Origin: Leucoraja erinacea
Lineage: Eukaryota
Assembly (NCBI RefSeq): GCF_028641065.1
Contig: NC_073384.1
Location: 17,112,001-17,176,000 of the forward strand
DNA: 64,000 nt
Direction of reading: 5' to 3'
The notes under the pieces were generated by a model. That model ran no database searches, was not told where the DNA came from, and worked only from the letters and a program-made list of their open reading frames with translations. Below, in pieces: positions 1-12,046 of the stretch; the stretch's first letter is position 1, and each line of letters opens with the position of its first letter. A program made the position numbers and the translations under genes.

Positions 1-459
1 AGTGGGCAGTGGAAACCACTGAAAATTTACTCTCAAACTGTAGGCAGATCACCAGAGTAGTTTTCACCATTCTCTCTCGATGCATCGACAATGGTCACAG
101 ATGCAAGTTTCAGACGTACTGAGGACAAATCTTTGCAGTCACCCCTGATGCTGAAATAGGGTTGTACAGGGTGGTTCAAGAACTTGATGATTGATGGGAA
201 GAAGCTGCTCTTCAACCTGGAGGTAACAGCCTTCAGGCTCCTTTACCTTCTTCCTAATGGTACAGGGAGATGAGAGTATGGCCACGGTGATGTGGGTCTG
301 TTTAAAGGTTGTTTTCTTGGCACCATTTGGTCAGTTGATCGATCTCCCCCCAATACTCTGACTCATCATCATCATAATTTGCTCAACTACGGTGGTGTCA
401 TCGGCAAATTTGAAGATGGAGAAGGAACTGTGTCTGGCCACACAGTAATAGGTACAGAG
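1..459 (-). mobile_element. Degraded Rex1/Babar-like LINE fragment
   Basis: Minus ORF 331-528 contains FKFADDTTVV, matching the RT motif of the better-preserved Rex1 copy at 14714-15700. Confidence 0.55.
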
Positions 460-944
460 TAGAAACATAGAAACATAGAAAATAGGTGCAGGAGTAGGCC
501 ATTCGGCCCTTCGAGCCTGTACCGCCATTCAATATGATCATGGCTGATCATCCAACTCAGTATCCTGTACCTGCCTTCTCTCCATACCCCCTGATCCCTC
601 TAGCCACAAGGGCCACATCTACCTCCCTCTTAAATATAGCCAATGAACTGGCCTCAACTACTTTCTGTGGTAGAGAATTCCACAGATTAAACATTCTCTG
701 TGTGAAAAAAAAGAATCTCATCTCGGTCCTAAAAGACTGCCCCCTTACCCTTAAACTGAGACCCCTTGTTCTGGACTTCCCCAACATCGGGAACAATCTT
801 CTTGCATCTAGCCTGTCCAACCCTTTTAAGTTTCTATAAGAACCCCCCTGAATCTTCTAGCTAAATTCCAGCGAGTACAAGCCGAGTCTATCCAGTCTTT
901 CTTCATATTAAAGTCCTGCCATCCCAGGAATCAGTCTTGTGAAC

Positions 945-1162
945 TGTAGATGGTTTATGCATGCAACCTATAATGTCGCTACCTCATCACCATTAACACG
1001 CCCCATCATATCTGTATAACTATGATCTCCTCCCCTTCCTTCCTCCCATTTTGTCCTGGTACGCCTGAAGGCTGGATGCAGCCAGTGCTGGGACGTGTGT
1101 GCCATGTGCTATAATAAAGGCTCTAGTAAAGGCTACAGTGTGTCAGACTGAGTCCCTTTACA
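945..1162 (+). repeat. 5' LTR
   Basis: TGTAGATGG...CTTTACA, contains AATAAA; about 6 mismatches to the 3' LTR by eye. Confidence 0.95.
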
Positions 1163-1172
1163 TGGTGTCAGA
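1163..1172 (+). promoter_or_regulatory. Primer-binding site (tRNA-Leu type)
   Basis: TGGTGTCAGA immediately follows the 5' LTR and is complementary to a tRNA-Leu 3' end (...TCTGACACCA). Confidence 0.75.
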
Positions 1173-1241
1173 TAGTTAGACTCGCGCCTCCCTTTTACCG
1201 GTTTTCTTTTTATTCTTGCCCGGTATTCCCTGTCAGTTTTA

Positions 1242-4200
1242 ATGGCCTCCTCGTGCAGGAAACCTTCTCCCCTTGTCTTTGATGCAGACATTGCGGAGCG
1301 ATGGGCTACTTTTGTTATGGACTATACCCACTTCGTCAATATTGTGCACAGAAAGACCCAGCTGCGGTCCGTGCCTCCCTCCTGCTTAATCTAGCAGGTC
1401 CCGATGCTATGAAGAGAGCTCAGGCTTTCGTCTATGATCCAGCGGTCCTGGATGACAATGGCCAGTCCGTCGTACCAGCGGAATCTGCCGACGACCCTGT
1501 ATGTCTTTTGCGTAAATTTGCCGAGATTTGCGACCAGCCCTCCAACCGCATATTGGAGCGGGCTAGGTTTTTCTCGCGGAAGCAACAGCCAGATGAACCT
1601 GTCGAGTGTTTCATCGCTGACCTGCGCTACCTTGCTCAGCGGTGCCGTTTTGAGAATATGCGTGACCAGCTCACCAGGGACATTCTAGTTACTGGCATGT
1701 TAGACCAGATGTTACGTGCTGATTTGCTGCAACGACCTGACCTGACCCTGACTCAGGCAATGCATGCGTGCCGCATCGCCGAGGTGGTAGCCCCTACGCA
1801 TGGGGTGAGGGGATCTGACAGCAGCGCTGTCCATCTGACTGGCGTTACCGGGCCACGACGTTTGCAGGACAACTCTCGCCCTCCACCGCGGCCCGCCCGT
1901 ACGGCTCAGGACCCGCGGGTACCTAAGTGTCCTAATTGTAACTATGCCCACCCCGTGCAGTCTCAGTGCCCGGCTTTCAGAAAATCCTGCAATTTCTGTA
2001 AGAAAATTAATCATTTTGCTGCCGCATGCCGTTCCCGTGGGAAAGTGGCACCAGCAACTAGGCAAATCCAAAACAACCTTCAGCAACTTGATAGTGAGAT
2101 GGACTCTCAGTCTACTGCGGACACTGCCCACGACTCTGTGATCGGATATTCCATGGGAGAGTCAAGTGTTTATACAGTCCTTCACAGCCACTCTCGCCTC
2201 CCTGATCCTTCTTTGCTCATTACGGTGAATAACAAGTCATTCTCTGCTAAACTCGATACTGGTGCAAAAGTCAATGTTATGTCAACATCGCTTTTCAACA
2301 AGATAAGAAATAATGAGCTGTTGACTGCCGATCGCTCTGTTTTGCGTGCCTATGGGGGAGAGGAACTGACACCTGTGGGGTGGGCCACTTTCCACTGTGT
2401 GCTGCAGAAATCATCCCGTGACCTGTCGTTCTTTATGCTGGATTGCGACTGTGTCACCTTGCTGAGCAACCAGACCTGCCAGGATCTCGGTCTGGTGTCT
2501 TTCGACCGGACGGTCCACGAGGTACAAGCTGTGATGGATCCGCTATCCGAGTAGCCAGACCTTTTTGACAGTAAGCTAGGAAAGCTGCCGCTAGTGTACA
2601 AGATTGCAACTGACCCCTCCGTGGTGCCTGTAATTCGCCCGCCACACAGAGTGTCATTCGCCATGAAGGGCAAGGTGGAGGCCATGCTAAAGGACATGGT
2701 CGATATGGGTGTTCTGGCGTCAGTCAGCGAGCCCACCGAGTGGGTCTCCACCTTGGTCGCCACGATGAAAAAAGGAAAGGATGAGATACGGGTGTGCATC
2801 AACCCCAAGGACTTGAACTTGGCAATCAAGCGGCCCCACTACCCAATGCGGACCGTTGAAGACGTCGCCGCCCAAGTCGGACAAGCAACGGTGTTTTCCG
2901 TCCTCGACGCCAGGAGTTCATTTTGGCAAATACCCCTGGACAAACGCTCCTCTGACTTAACAACCTTCGGTACACCCTTCGGCAGGTTTAAATTCTTACG
3001 GATGCCGTTCGGCATCAACTCCGCCAGTGAGGTATTCCAGCGCTCTATGGAGCAACTGTTTGCAGGTCTGCCCTGTGCGATTATTGTGGACAACATTCTG
3101 GTATACGGCAGAGATGTGGCTGAGCATGACCGCCACCTCCGCAGAATCCTGGACCGCGCACGGCAGGTAAATCTCGTTGAACCCGTCAAAATGTCGTTTC
3201 CGTGTACCTGAGGTCCCGTACGTTGGCCACATTTTCACGGCCAACGGGTTGAAGCCCGACCCGCAAAAGGCGAACGCCATCTCCGAACTGCCTGCCCCCA
3301 CGGATATTGCCGGTCTACAGCGCTTCCTGGGCATGCTCAACTACCTGGGCAAGTTTATTCCTGACCTCAGCGAGCTGAGCGCGCCCCTAAGACAGCTTAC
3401 TAAAAAAGACATTGCCTGGTCCTGGTTCCCACACCACCAGCAGGCTTTCAACCTGCTGAAGAAAAAGTTGATCAGCACACCCACTCTGAGGTTCTTTGAT
3501 TTGCAGCGTCCTGTGGTGGTAACGTGTGACGCCTCACATTTTGGTCTGGGTGCTGCTTGTCTGCAGCCGCATGATGATGGTTCTCTACAGCCGGTCTCCT
3601 ATGCCTCTAGGACCATGACGGACACGGAGCAGCGCTACGCACAGATTGAGAAGGAGCTTCTGGCAGTTGTGTTCGCTTGTTCAAAGTTTCGAGACTTCCT
3701 TTTTGGCAACATTTTCACTGTCGAGACGGATCACCAACCTCTGGTGACGATCCTAAACAAACCTATCCACGTTGCTCCCGCAAGGCTGCAGCGAATAATG
3801 CTGCAGCTGCAGCGTTTTGACTTTAAAATCGTCTACAAAAGGGGCACCGAGATGCATGTGGCTGACGCGCTGTCCCGGGCCCCCAGGACCTCACTTGTCC
3901 AGCACCCCTTCGAGCAGGATGACCTACAGGTGCTGAACGTGAATTTCGTCACTTCCAAGCAGCTCCAATGCCTGGCTGCACACACCGCCGACGACCTCGA
4001 TCTTCAACAGCTTGCCGCTGTCATCAGGCGTGGATGGCCTGTCAAACGCACCTCTTTACCTGCTGGCGTTCACCCCTTCTTCCTGGTTCGTGATGAGCTG
4101 GTGCTCATCGATGGCATTATCATCAAGGGCCACAAAGTAGTCGTCCCTGCCTCACTATACGACCTGTACTTCAATGCTGCCCACATGGGGCATCCTGGGG

Positions 4201-5467
4201 CTGACGCCACCGTCTCGCATGCCCAGGAATAGTACTATTTGCCGGGCATGGCGAAGTACATCAAGGCCAGAGTGGCCTCCTGCCCGGACTGCAACTCTCT
4301 TGCCCCGCATCAGCAGCGTCAGCCGCTGCTACAACAGCCTGCCCCTGACATGCCATGGTCCTCGCTGGATGCCGACATTTTTGAATGGCGTGGAAAGCAG
4401 TACCTCGTTTTGGTAGATTCTTACTCAAATTGGTTCGAGGTGGACCTTCTCCCTGCCACCACCTCGGAGATGGTCATCAGCAAGCTCTGTCGCCACTTCG
4501 CAACTTTTGGATCTCCTGTCCGGTTACAGACTGACAACGGCCGCCATTTCACTAGCGCTGAGTTTAAAGCCTTCGCTGCGAAGAGGAACTTCGATCATTA
4601 CACCAGCAGTCCAGAGTACCCACAGAGCAATGGCCTGGCTGAGCGTGCTGTGCGCAGTGCAAAGCACCTGCTTGAACAGTCCTATCTCTCTAATTGTGAT
4701 TTCTACCAGGGGTTGTTGAACCTTCGGAATATATCCAGAGACAGTACCATGAAATCACCTGCCCAATGGCTCATGTCCGCGTTATTCGCCCTCCGATGCC
4801 GATTGCCCAGCAGTCTCTGGTGCCCAGGGACCTGCAGCCTTCTGCCGTCCAGCAGCGGATTGCTCAGAAGCACGAAATCCAGCGCCGCTCGCACGACAAG
4901 TCCAGCCGTCCTCTCTCACCACTACTGCCAGGCCAGGTCGTCCGTTTGCAGACGTCTACCGGTTTCTCCAAGCTCGCTACCGTGGTGGGGGTCGACGATT
5001 CGCCGCGTTCCTACTTAGTGGACTATGAGGGCACTATCTACCGGCGCAGCCGCCAGCACCTGTTGGCGGTCAGAGAGCCGAAACCTCCTCCTGCTGTTCC
5101 TTATTCTCCTCCGCCTGCTGTGCCCCCCTCCAGTAACATGCCCTCTGCCCGTAACATGCCTCGGTCGGTTCGCGTCCCTCGCCTTCCTCCCTCTGCCCTT
5201 CCCGGCCTCCGCTCTCCGGTCCGCTCGCCTCCTGCCCGTCTCTCTCTCTCTCCACCTGCCGTTCGTTCCTCCCTCTCTCTCTCACCTGGTTCCCCGGTGC
5301 CTGCCGGTTCCCCCTTGCAGCTGGGGTCCCCGCCGGCCTTCTCCTTCCCCCCTGTTCCTGTTCCCGTTCTGCCCTCTCTTCTTTCGGGTGGGGAGGGTGA
5401 GGGTGCTGTGCGCACTCGCTCGGGTCGGATTGTCAAAGCTCCGGATCGCTACGGAGACTTCGCTTAG
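1242..5467 (+). pseudogene. Disrupted gag-pol polyprotein
   Basis: ATG at 1242 (MASSCRKP...); CCHC knuckles (CNFCKKINHFAAAC); protease LDTGA; RT motif degenerate (IVDN); RNase H DASHFGLGA; integrase TDNG...SNGLAERAVR; C-terminal RTRSGRIVKAPDRY. Stops at ~2554 and ~4232 plus several frameshifts. Confidence 0.93.
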
Positions 5468-5532
5468 TTTTGCAGGTCCTGTATAATTAACCTGCTATTC
5501 TTGCAACCTTGTTTAAATTGTATGGGAAAGGA

Positions 5533-5750
5533 TGTAGATGGTTTATGCATGCAACCTATAATGTAGCTACCTCATCACCATTACCACGCCCTCTCATATC
5601 AGTATAACTATGATCTCCTCCCCTTCCTTCCTCCCATTTTGTCCTGGTACACCTGAAGGCTGGATGCAGCCAGTGCTGGGACGTGTGTGCCATGTGCTAT
5701 AATAAAGGCTCTAGTAAAGGCTACAGTGTGTCAGACTGAGTCCCTTTACA
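5533..5750 (+). repeat. 3' LTR preceded by polypurine tract GGGAAAGGA (5524-5532)
   Basis: Direct repeat of 945-1162, followed by TSD TGAAC. Confidence 0.95.
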
Positions 5751-7020
5751 TGAACCTTCTCTGTACTCACTCGATGGCAAGAATGTCTTTCCTCAGATTA
5801 GGAGACCAAAACTGTATGCAATACTCCAGGTGAGGGCTCACCAAGGCCCTGTACAACTGCAGTAGAACCTCCCTGCTCCTATACTCAAACCCTTTTGCTA
5901 TGAATGCTAACATACCATTCACTTTCTTCACTGCCTGCTGCACCTGCATGCCTACTTTAAATGACTGGTGTGCCATGACACCCAGGTCTCGTTGCATCAC
6001 CTCTTTCCCTAATTGGCCACCATTCAGATAATAGTCTACTTTCCTGTTCTTGCCACCAAAGTGGATAACCTCACTTTATCCACATTATACTGCATCTGCC
6101 ATGCATTTGCCCACACCCAACCTATCCAAGTCTCCTTGCAGCCTCCTAGCATCCTCCTCACAGCTAACACTGCCCCTCAGCTTCGTGTCATCCACAAACT
6201 TGGAGATGTTGCATTCAATTCTCTCGTCCAAATCATTAATATATATTGTAAATAGCTGGGGTCCCAGCACTTAGCCTTGCGGTACCCCACTAGTCACTGC
6301 CTGCCATTCTGAAAAGGACCCGTTTACTCCTACTTTTTGCTTCCTGTCTGCCAGCCAGTTCTTTATCCACATCCATACTGAACCCCCAATACCGTGTGGT
6401 TTAAGTTTGCATACTAATCTCTAATGTGGGACCTTGTCGAAAGCCTTCTGAAAGTCCAGATATAACACATCCACTGGTTCTCCTTTATCCACTCTACTAG
6501 TTACATCCTCGAAAAATTCTATAAGATTCGGCAGACATGATTTACCTTTCATAAATCCATGTAGACTTTGTCCAATGAATTCACCACTTGTCGAAAGCCT
6601 TCTGAAAGTCCAGATATAACACATCCTCTGGTTCTCCCTTATCCACTCTACTAGTTACATCCTCAAAAAGATTCGTCAGACATGATTTACCTTTAATAAA
6701 TCCATGCTGACTTTGTCCAATGATTTCAACACTTTCCAAATGTGCTGCTATCCCATCTTTAGTATCTGACTATATCAAGCAGGAAGTTTTGTTCTGACGT
6801 GGGGGAAATGCATTACTGATTAGGGAGAAGTTCACAGTGGCACTTGGAGAGGACATACTAGAGGATTAATCCACTGTGGATAGTTTATTCACAGCGGGTA
6901 GAGTTCACAATAAACAAAGGCACAATCATGCTGACGGGATGATATAATGGGCCCTCCAAAAACCAGGATGATTTAGAAGAACAAATATATAAACTGATTA
7001 GAGGAAACTACAAAACTATC

Positions 7021-7463
7021 CGGGTTCATTGGCTGCTATAAATTATCCCCAGTGTGCAGGATAGAACTAGTCTTTAATTTTTTCTTTAGCCTTTAGCAAT
7101 ATAGTGTGAAAACGGGCCCTTCAGTCCACCGATTCCATGCCGTCCAGTGATCACACCATACACCAGCACTATCCTACATACTAGGGAAAATGTTACAATT
7201 TTTACCAAAGCCAATTAACCTACAATCCTGTACGTCTTTGGAGCGTTGGAAGAAACCGGAGCACCCGGAGAAAGCCCACTTGGTCATAGAGAGAAGGTAC
7301 AAACTACAACTGTAGTCAGGATTGAACCCGTGTTTTTTTTCCACTGTAAGGCAGCAACTCTACCACTGTGCATCCGTGCCACCCAGTGTTTGGGTGATTG
7401 CTGGTCGGCACGGATTGACCGAAGGGCCTGTTACCATGCTGTATCTGTAAACTAAACTAAACT
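7021..7463. mobile_element. HE1-like tRNA-derived SINEs: a minus-strand copy (~7076-7380) nested in a plus-strand copy
   Basis: Resembles the SINE at 16107-16398 (AATTAACCTACAA..CCTGTACGT.TTTGGAGCG); (TAAAC)n tail at ~7448-7463; reverse tRNA-like head near 7315-7380. Confidence 0.65.
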
Positions 7464-8084
7464 GAAAACCTGCGGACTGTGGTCAAACTTGTAACTGGTT
7501 TTGGACAGGGCAGAGAGAAACTTTCTGGCAAAAGTGGAAAATTGAGAATGCTAGTTTATATCCTCATTACTTTCTCTTCAGTGAAATTGCAAAAATGGGC
7601 AGGATAAAACAGAAATTCGTACCGTCATTTATATTGTAATTTCCCTCTTCTGAAATATGTTACTTAACAGATTGCACAATTTCTTGTTCAGAGGCACCCT
7701 TAAATTTCTGCACTCTCATCGTAAATGTAGTTCACCTGCCTTTTTGTCAATAGTACTTAACTCACATGCATCAAGAAAGACTCAAGTGTTAGCATTTAAA
7801 AAGAATAATAAGCAGATGTGGTTTTCTTTACTTCCTCTTTTGACAAAAAGTGCCAAAATCAGCCTTTTTTTTTGCCATTTTGCTAAAAGATCGAACTATT
7901 TTCTCTAGTTGTACCGTGATTACAATGATGTTTTCTATGTTAACACGTTAATTTTTTTTTAATGTGCCAACATAGTATAACTTACAAGAAAACTTCCATC
8001 TCCGGGCAAAACCAGGGGCACCACCGGTGGTCGTTCATTCGTTCCACTGCCCGCTGGTTCAGTCTTCTCCAAGATCTATTTAAG

Positions 8085-8360
8085 AAAGAACGGCAGATGC
8101 TGGAAAAATAGGAAGTAGACGAAAAATGCTGGAGAAACAGCGGGTGAGGAAGAATCTATGGAGAGAAGGAATAGGTGGCATTTCGAGTCAAGACCCTTCT
8201 TCAGACTGATGTGGGGGGTGGGGCGGGAAAAGGAAAGGAAGAGGCGAAGACAGTAGGACTAGAAGGAGAGCTGAGAAGGCGGAGGGGGAGGAGGGAGAAG
8301 ACAAGGGCTATCTAAAATTAGAGAAGTCAATGTTGGGGTGTAGGCTACCTAAGCGAAATA
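8085..8360 (-). mobile_element. Penelope-like element 3' end (GIY-YIG C-terminus plus 3' repeat with hammerhead-like motif)
   Basis: Minus-strand peptide FRLGSLHP-NIDFSNFR* resembles the PLE endonuclease C-terminus; downstream CTGAAGA-AGGGTCTTGACTC-GAAA (8177-8204). Confidence 0.7.
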
Positions 8361-8365
8361 CCAAA

Positions 8366-9834
8366 GCTTGTCTCCTCACTACATTTACTGCTGGCTCCAG
8401 TCTCAAATCTGAGTTTTCGAGTGATTTGTGCAGGGCATTCATTAATGCTGGAATTCCATTGTGGAAATTGGAAAACAAATCTCTCAGAGGTTTTTTCGAG
8501 AAATACACAGAGGAACTTATACCAAGCGAGTCATCATTACAAAAAATTATGTTAACAGCAACTTCAACATTGTTGTGCAGAAAATTAGAGATGAAGTTGC
8601 ATGCAACAAAATATGGATCTCAATAGATGAGACAACTGATGCTATGGGGAGATATTTAAGAAGGAACTGCAGATGCCGGAAAATCGAAGGTAGACAAAAA
8701 TGCTGGAGAACCTCAATGGGTGAGGCAGCATCTATGGAGTCTGAAGAAGGGTCTCGACACGAAACATCGCCTATTTCCTTCACTCCGTAGATGCTGCCTT
8801 AGATGAGTTTCTCCAGCATATTTGTCTACCTGTGGGGAGATATGTTGCCAATGTGGACATCGGTACACTGGAGGCAGGTCAACCATCAAAGGAGTATTTG
8901 TTGACATAGGAAGTATTGGAGATGTCAATCAGCTCAACTATTGTTCAGTTGTTTACATCTTCACTTGCTGTACTTTGGGCAGAAGGTATAAAACACAAGA
9001 ATGTTCTTCTGTTTGTGACTGATGCAGCTCTGTACATGAAAAAAGCTGTTCATGCTCTTAAAGTTTTATTCCCAAAATGTTGCATTTGACATGTTTATCT
9101 CAAGGACTTCATAGAATTGCAAATCACATAAATATCTTGTCTCCAAATTTCGATTGCCTAGTTTTCAATGTCAAGAAAATCTTCCTCAAAGCACCATCAC
9201 ATGTGCAGTTGTTCAAGGAAATGGCGCCTGAGATTCCACTACCTCTTCAGCCCATTTTGACTAGGTGGGGTACATGGCTCTCTGCTGTACTCTACTATGC
9301 TGCAAATTTTGAAAAGATAAAATAAATTGTCAACTGTTTTGAAGAAGTAGAATCTGCTCCAGTCCGGATTGTCAGTGAAATCATGCAGAAAAATTCCCTC
9401 CATCGCGATCTTGTGTTTATTGCTTCCAATTTTGCAAACTTCCCACAAGCTATCACTTCCCTTGAGAAACGTTGCGGAACATTAGTGAATAACTTGCAGG
9501 TTTTCAACAAAATAACTGACGATTTTGGTAAAATTCCTGGCGATGTAGGTAAAGACATACAAGGAAAATGTGAGAGAATGATTTTAGCTAACAAAGATCT
9601 TGAAGAAATATAAAACATAGCTAAAGTTCTCAAAGGTAGTTGTAGTGCACAATATATCAACATGAATATAGAGCCTCTAGCTTGTTTTTGGTAGCACCAG
9701 TGACCTCAGCTGAGGTAGAAAGATGTTTTTCACAACTGAAGCATATTCTGTCTGACAGAAGGCATAGTTTAACACAAGATAATTTGAAAACAATGCTGGT
9801 AATTATGTGCAACCAGGCAACTTTGGTCATTTAA
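8366..9834 (+). pseudogene. Decayed hAT-superfamily transposase (CGGBP1/DUF659-like)
   Basis: Fragments [46 protein letters not shown] and C-terminal APVTSAEVERCFSQLKHILSDRRHSL; multiple stops and frameshifts. Confidence 0.75.
8656..8832. mobile_element. 177-bp fold-back Penelope-derived insertion with 11-bp TSD
   Basis: TSD TGGGGAGATAT at 8645-8655 and 8833-8843; inverted arms AGGTAGACAAAAATGCTGGAGAA / TTCTCCAGCATATTTGTCTACCT; hammerhead-like core in the loop (8741-8768). Confidence 0.75.
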
Positions 9835-9841
9835 TATAGTA

Positions 9842-11772
9842 CAGGTGCACAACCTTTTATCCGAAAGCCTTGGGAACAGACACTTTTCGTAATTCAGAAT
9901 TTGTCGGTCTTCGGAATGTAAATTTTTTAGCGTAGATTTTAATGGCTGGCTCAGTGGTAGAGTGCTCGGCTCATATCCACAAGGTCGCGAGTTTGCGCCT
10001 TGATCCCGGCAGTTACTCGGTCGCGAGTTTGAGTCTTCAATGTAGGTTTTTTTTTTGCAGAATAAATGTTTGTATGAAATGCAGTGTAGGAGAGGTGTAC
10101 TGACTGTGTGGGCAGAACTTTGGAAGTGATTGCCCACCAGTCTTAAAAAGCCGCTGTGTCTCCCTGTCCCTGGGATAGCAGGGGGCGATCAAACAGCACA
10201 ATACCCCCCTCCCCCTCCAACTCCAGAGGAATCCTCTCCCCGATGTGCCGCTACGGCGACAAGTGGCAGTTTGCCCACAGCCCAAGCTGCGCCCCCTCAT
10301 CCGCCACCCCAAGAACAAGACGTACCTTGCACACCATAAGCTTCTGCCCCTACGTATTCCTCTGGAGTTGGAGCGGGGCTGGGCTGGGCTGCTGCTGGCT
10401 GTGGGTCTCTGGGTTCTCCGTGCTTGCGGTGGGCCTGGTGGTTGACGTCCAATTGGTCCTGACGTCTCCGGTGACTGTACTGGCCTGCTGCCATCGCCGA
10501 CGTGAAGACAGTGCAAAGCCCCCGCGCCGGTGCAATGAGCCGGTGCTGGAGAGGGGAGGGAAGGGGTCACACACATGGCTGGGAACCAGAGGGGTGTAGG
10601 TGGGGTGAAACTGAAGGGAGCGACAATCTGCTGCTGCCTACACTGTGTATCGTGTCTACCGTGGGAACTTTTAAACTCAGCGGGCAGGTAGCAGCATATT
10701 GTCAATTATTAACCCTCCCGCGCAATATACCCTCACCTTCTCTTTTATGAATGGGGATTTAGTTCCCCTTTCTTCGAGGACCGACCGGAGGTTCCGCTGT
10801 CACCTCTGCGGGCCGCCCTCGGTGAACGTCCTGTCTCCCTGTCCCTGGGATAGTAGGGGGCGATCAAACAGCACAATACCCCCCTCCCCGTCCAACTCCA
10901 GAGGAATCCGCTCCCCGATGGGCCGCTACGGCGACAAGTGGCAGTTCGCCCACAGCCCGAGCTGCGCCACCCCAAGAACAAGACGTCACTTGCACACCAT
11001 CAGCTTCTGCCCATACGGGGAGCGTGTTCCTCTGGAGTCGGAACGGGGCTGGGCTGGAGTTGCTGGTCTGGGATTTCCGTGCTTGCAGTGGGCCTGGGGG
11101 TCGGTGTCCCGATGAGGGGTCGCAGCTCAGGGAGCGGCTTCTGGTGGTCCTGACGTCTCCGGCCAGATTGCAGTTTTCCTCTGGAGTTGGAACGGGGCTG
11201 GGCTGCTGCTGGCTGTGGGTCTCTGGGATCTCTGTGCTTGCAGTGGACCTGGGGGTCGGTGTCCCGTTGGTCCGGACGTCTCCAGTGACTGGGACTGTGC
11301 TGCAAGCATCGCCGACGTGAAGACAGTGCAAAGCCCCCGCGCCGGTACAATGAGCGGGGAGCTGGGGAGGGAAGGGGTCACACACATGGCCGGGAAGCAG
11401 AGGGGTGTAGGTGGGGTGAAACTGAAGGGAGCGACAATCTGCTGCTGCCTGCACGCTGAGTTAAAAAGTTCCCACGCAAGACTCACGATACACTGTGTAT
11501 CGTGAGTCTACCGTGGGAACTTTTTAACTCAGCGGGCAGGTAGCAGCATATTGTCAATTATTAACCCTCCCGCGCAATATACTCTCACCTTCTCTTTTAT
11601 GAATGGGGATTTAGTTCCCCTTTCTTCGAGGATCGACCGGAGGTTCCGCTGTCACCTCTGCGGGCCGCCCTCGGTGAACGTTTTCAAGGACCTTTCTTCA
11701 AGGACCGAAAAAAATGTCCGTTATTCGGAGGTTTTCGTTATTTGGATCTTCGGATAAAAGGTTGTGCACCTG
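9842..11772. mobile_element. Non-autonomous Tc1/mariner (pogo/Tigger-like) element with internal GC-rich tandem duplication
   Basis: Perfect 24-bp TIR CAGGTGCACAACCTTTTATCCGAA (9842-9865 / 11749-11772); TA TSD; two ~0.7-0.85-kb internal units starting at ~10157 and ~10832; no transposase. Confidence 0.88.
9944..10037 (+). other. tRNA-like (CAT anticodon) Pol III-type sequence, not an intact tRNA
   Basis: A-box-like TGGCTCAGTGGTAGAG, anticodon-loop-like CTCATAT, duplicated GGTCGCGAGTTTG B-box-like segment; acceptor stem not closed. Confidence 0.45.
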
Positions 11773-11914
11773 TATCAATTTTACCCATATTTTGGTGGCG
11801 GAAATACATGCCTTTTTAGTCAATAAATGACTTTTTCCTGCCTTTTTTGTGATTCTATTATGCCTTTTTGCCTGCCTATTTCAGTTTTTTAGTACCTAAA
11901 CATCTTGGCTCTAG

Positions 11915-12045
11915 TCATTTGATCGGAGCAGAATTAGGCCATTTGACCCATCAAGGCTACTCCACCATTCAATCATGGCTGATCTATCTTTTCCTCTCAA
12001 CCCCAATTCTCCTACCTTCACCATCACGTCTAACACCCGTACTAA
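11915..12045 (-). mobile_element. CR1 3'-end fragment
   Basis: TAGGCCATT...CCATTCAATCATGGCTGATC matches the other CR1 3' UTRs in reverse. Confidence 0.65.
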
Positions 12046-12046
12046 G

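Larger units (their letters stand above)
945..5750 (+). mobile_element. Full-length Gypsy/Ty3 LTR retrotransposon, Mag-like clade
   Basis: 218-bp LTRs with TG...CA ends at 945-1162 and 5533-5750; 5-bp TSD TGAAC (940-944, 5751-5755); PBS and PPT present; gag-PR-RT-RH-IN domain order. Confidence 0.95.
460..6770 (-). mobile_element. 5'-truncated CR1 LINE interrupted by the Gypsy element at 945-5750
   Basis: (TTTCTATG)n tail at ~460-480; C-terminal peptide ...KREVDVALVARGIRGYGEKAGTGY; RT motifs [13 protein letters not shown] and SKFVDDTKL at 5756-6770; the sequence reads continuously across the LTR insertion. Confidence 0.9.

Noticed and set aside
6433-6731. About 154-bp tandem duplication inside a CR1
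   Set aside because: Real, but an ordinary local duplication within a dead LINE.
9944-10015. Functional tRNA-Met gene
   Set aside because: Acceptor and anticodon stems do not pair fully; kept only as tRNA-like sequence.
10037-11757. Many overlapping 70-220 aa ORFs
   Set aside because: Products of GC-rich tandem repeats inside a non-autonomous transposon; no recognisable domains.
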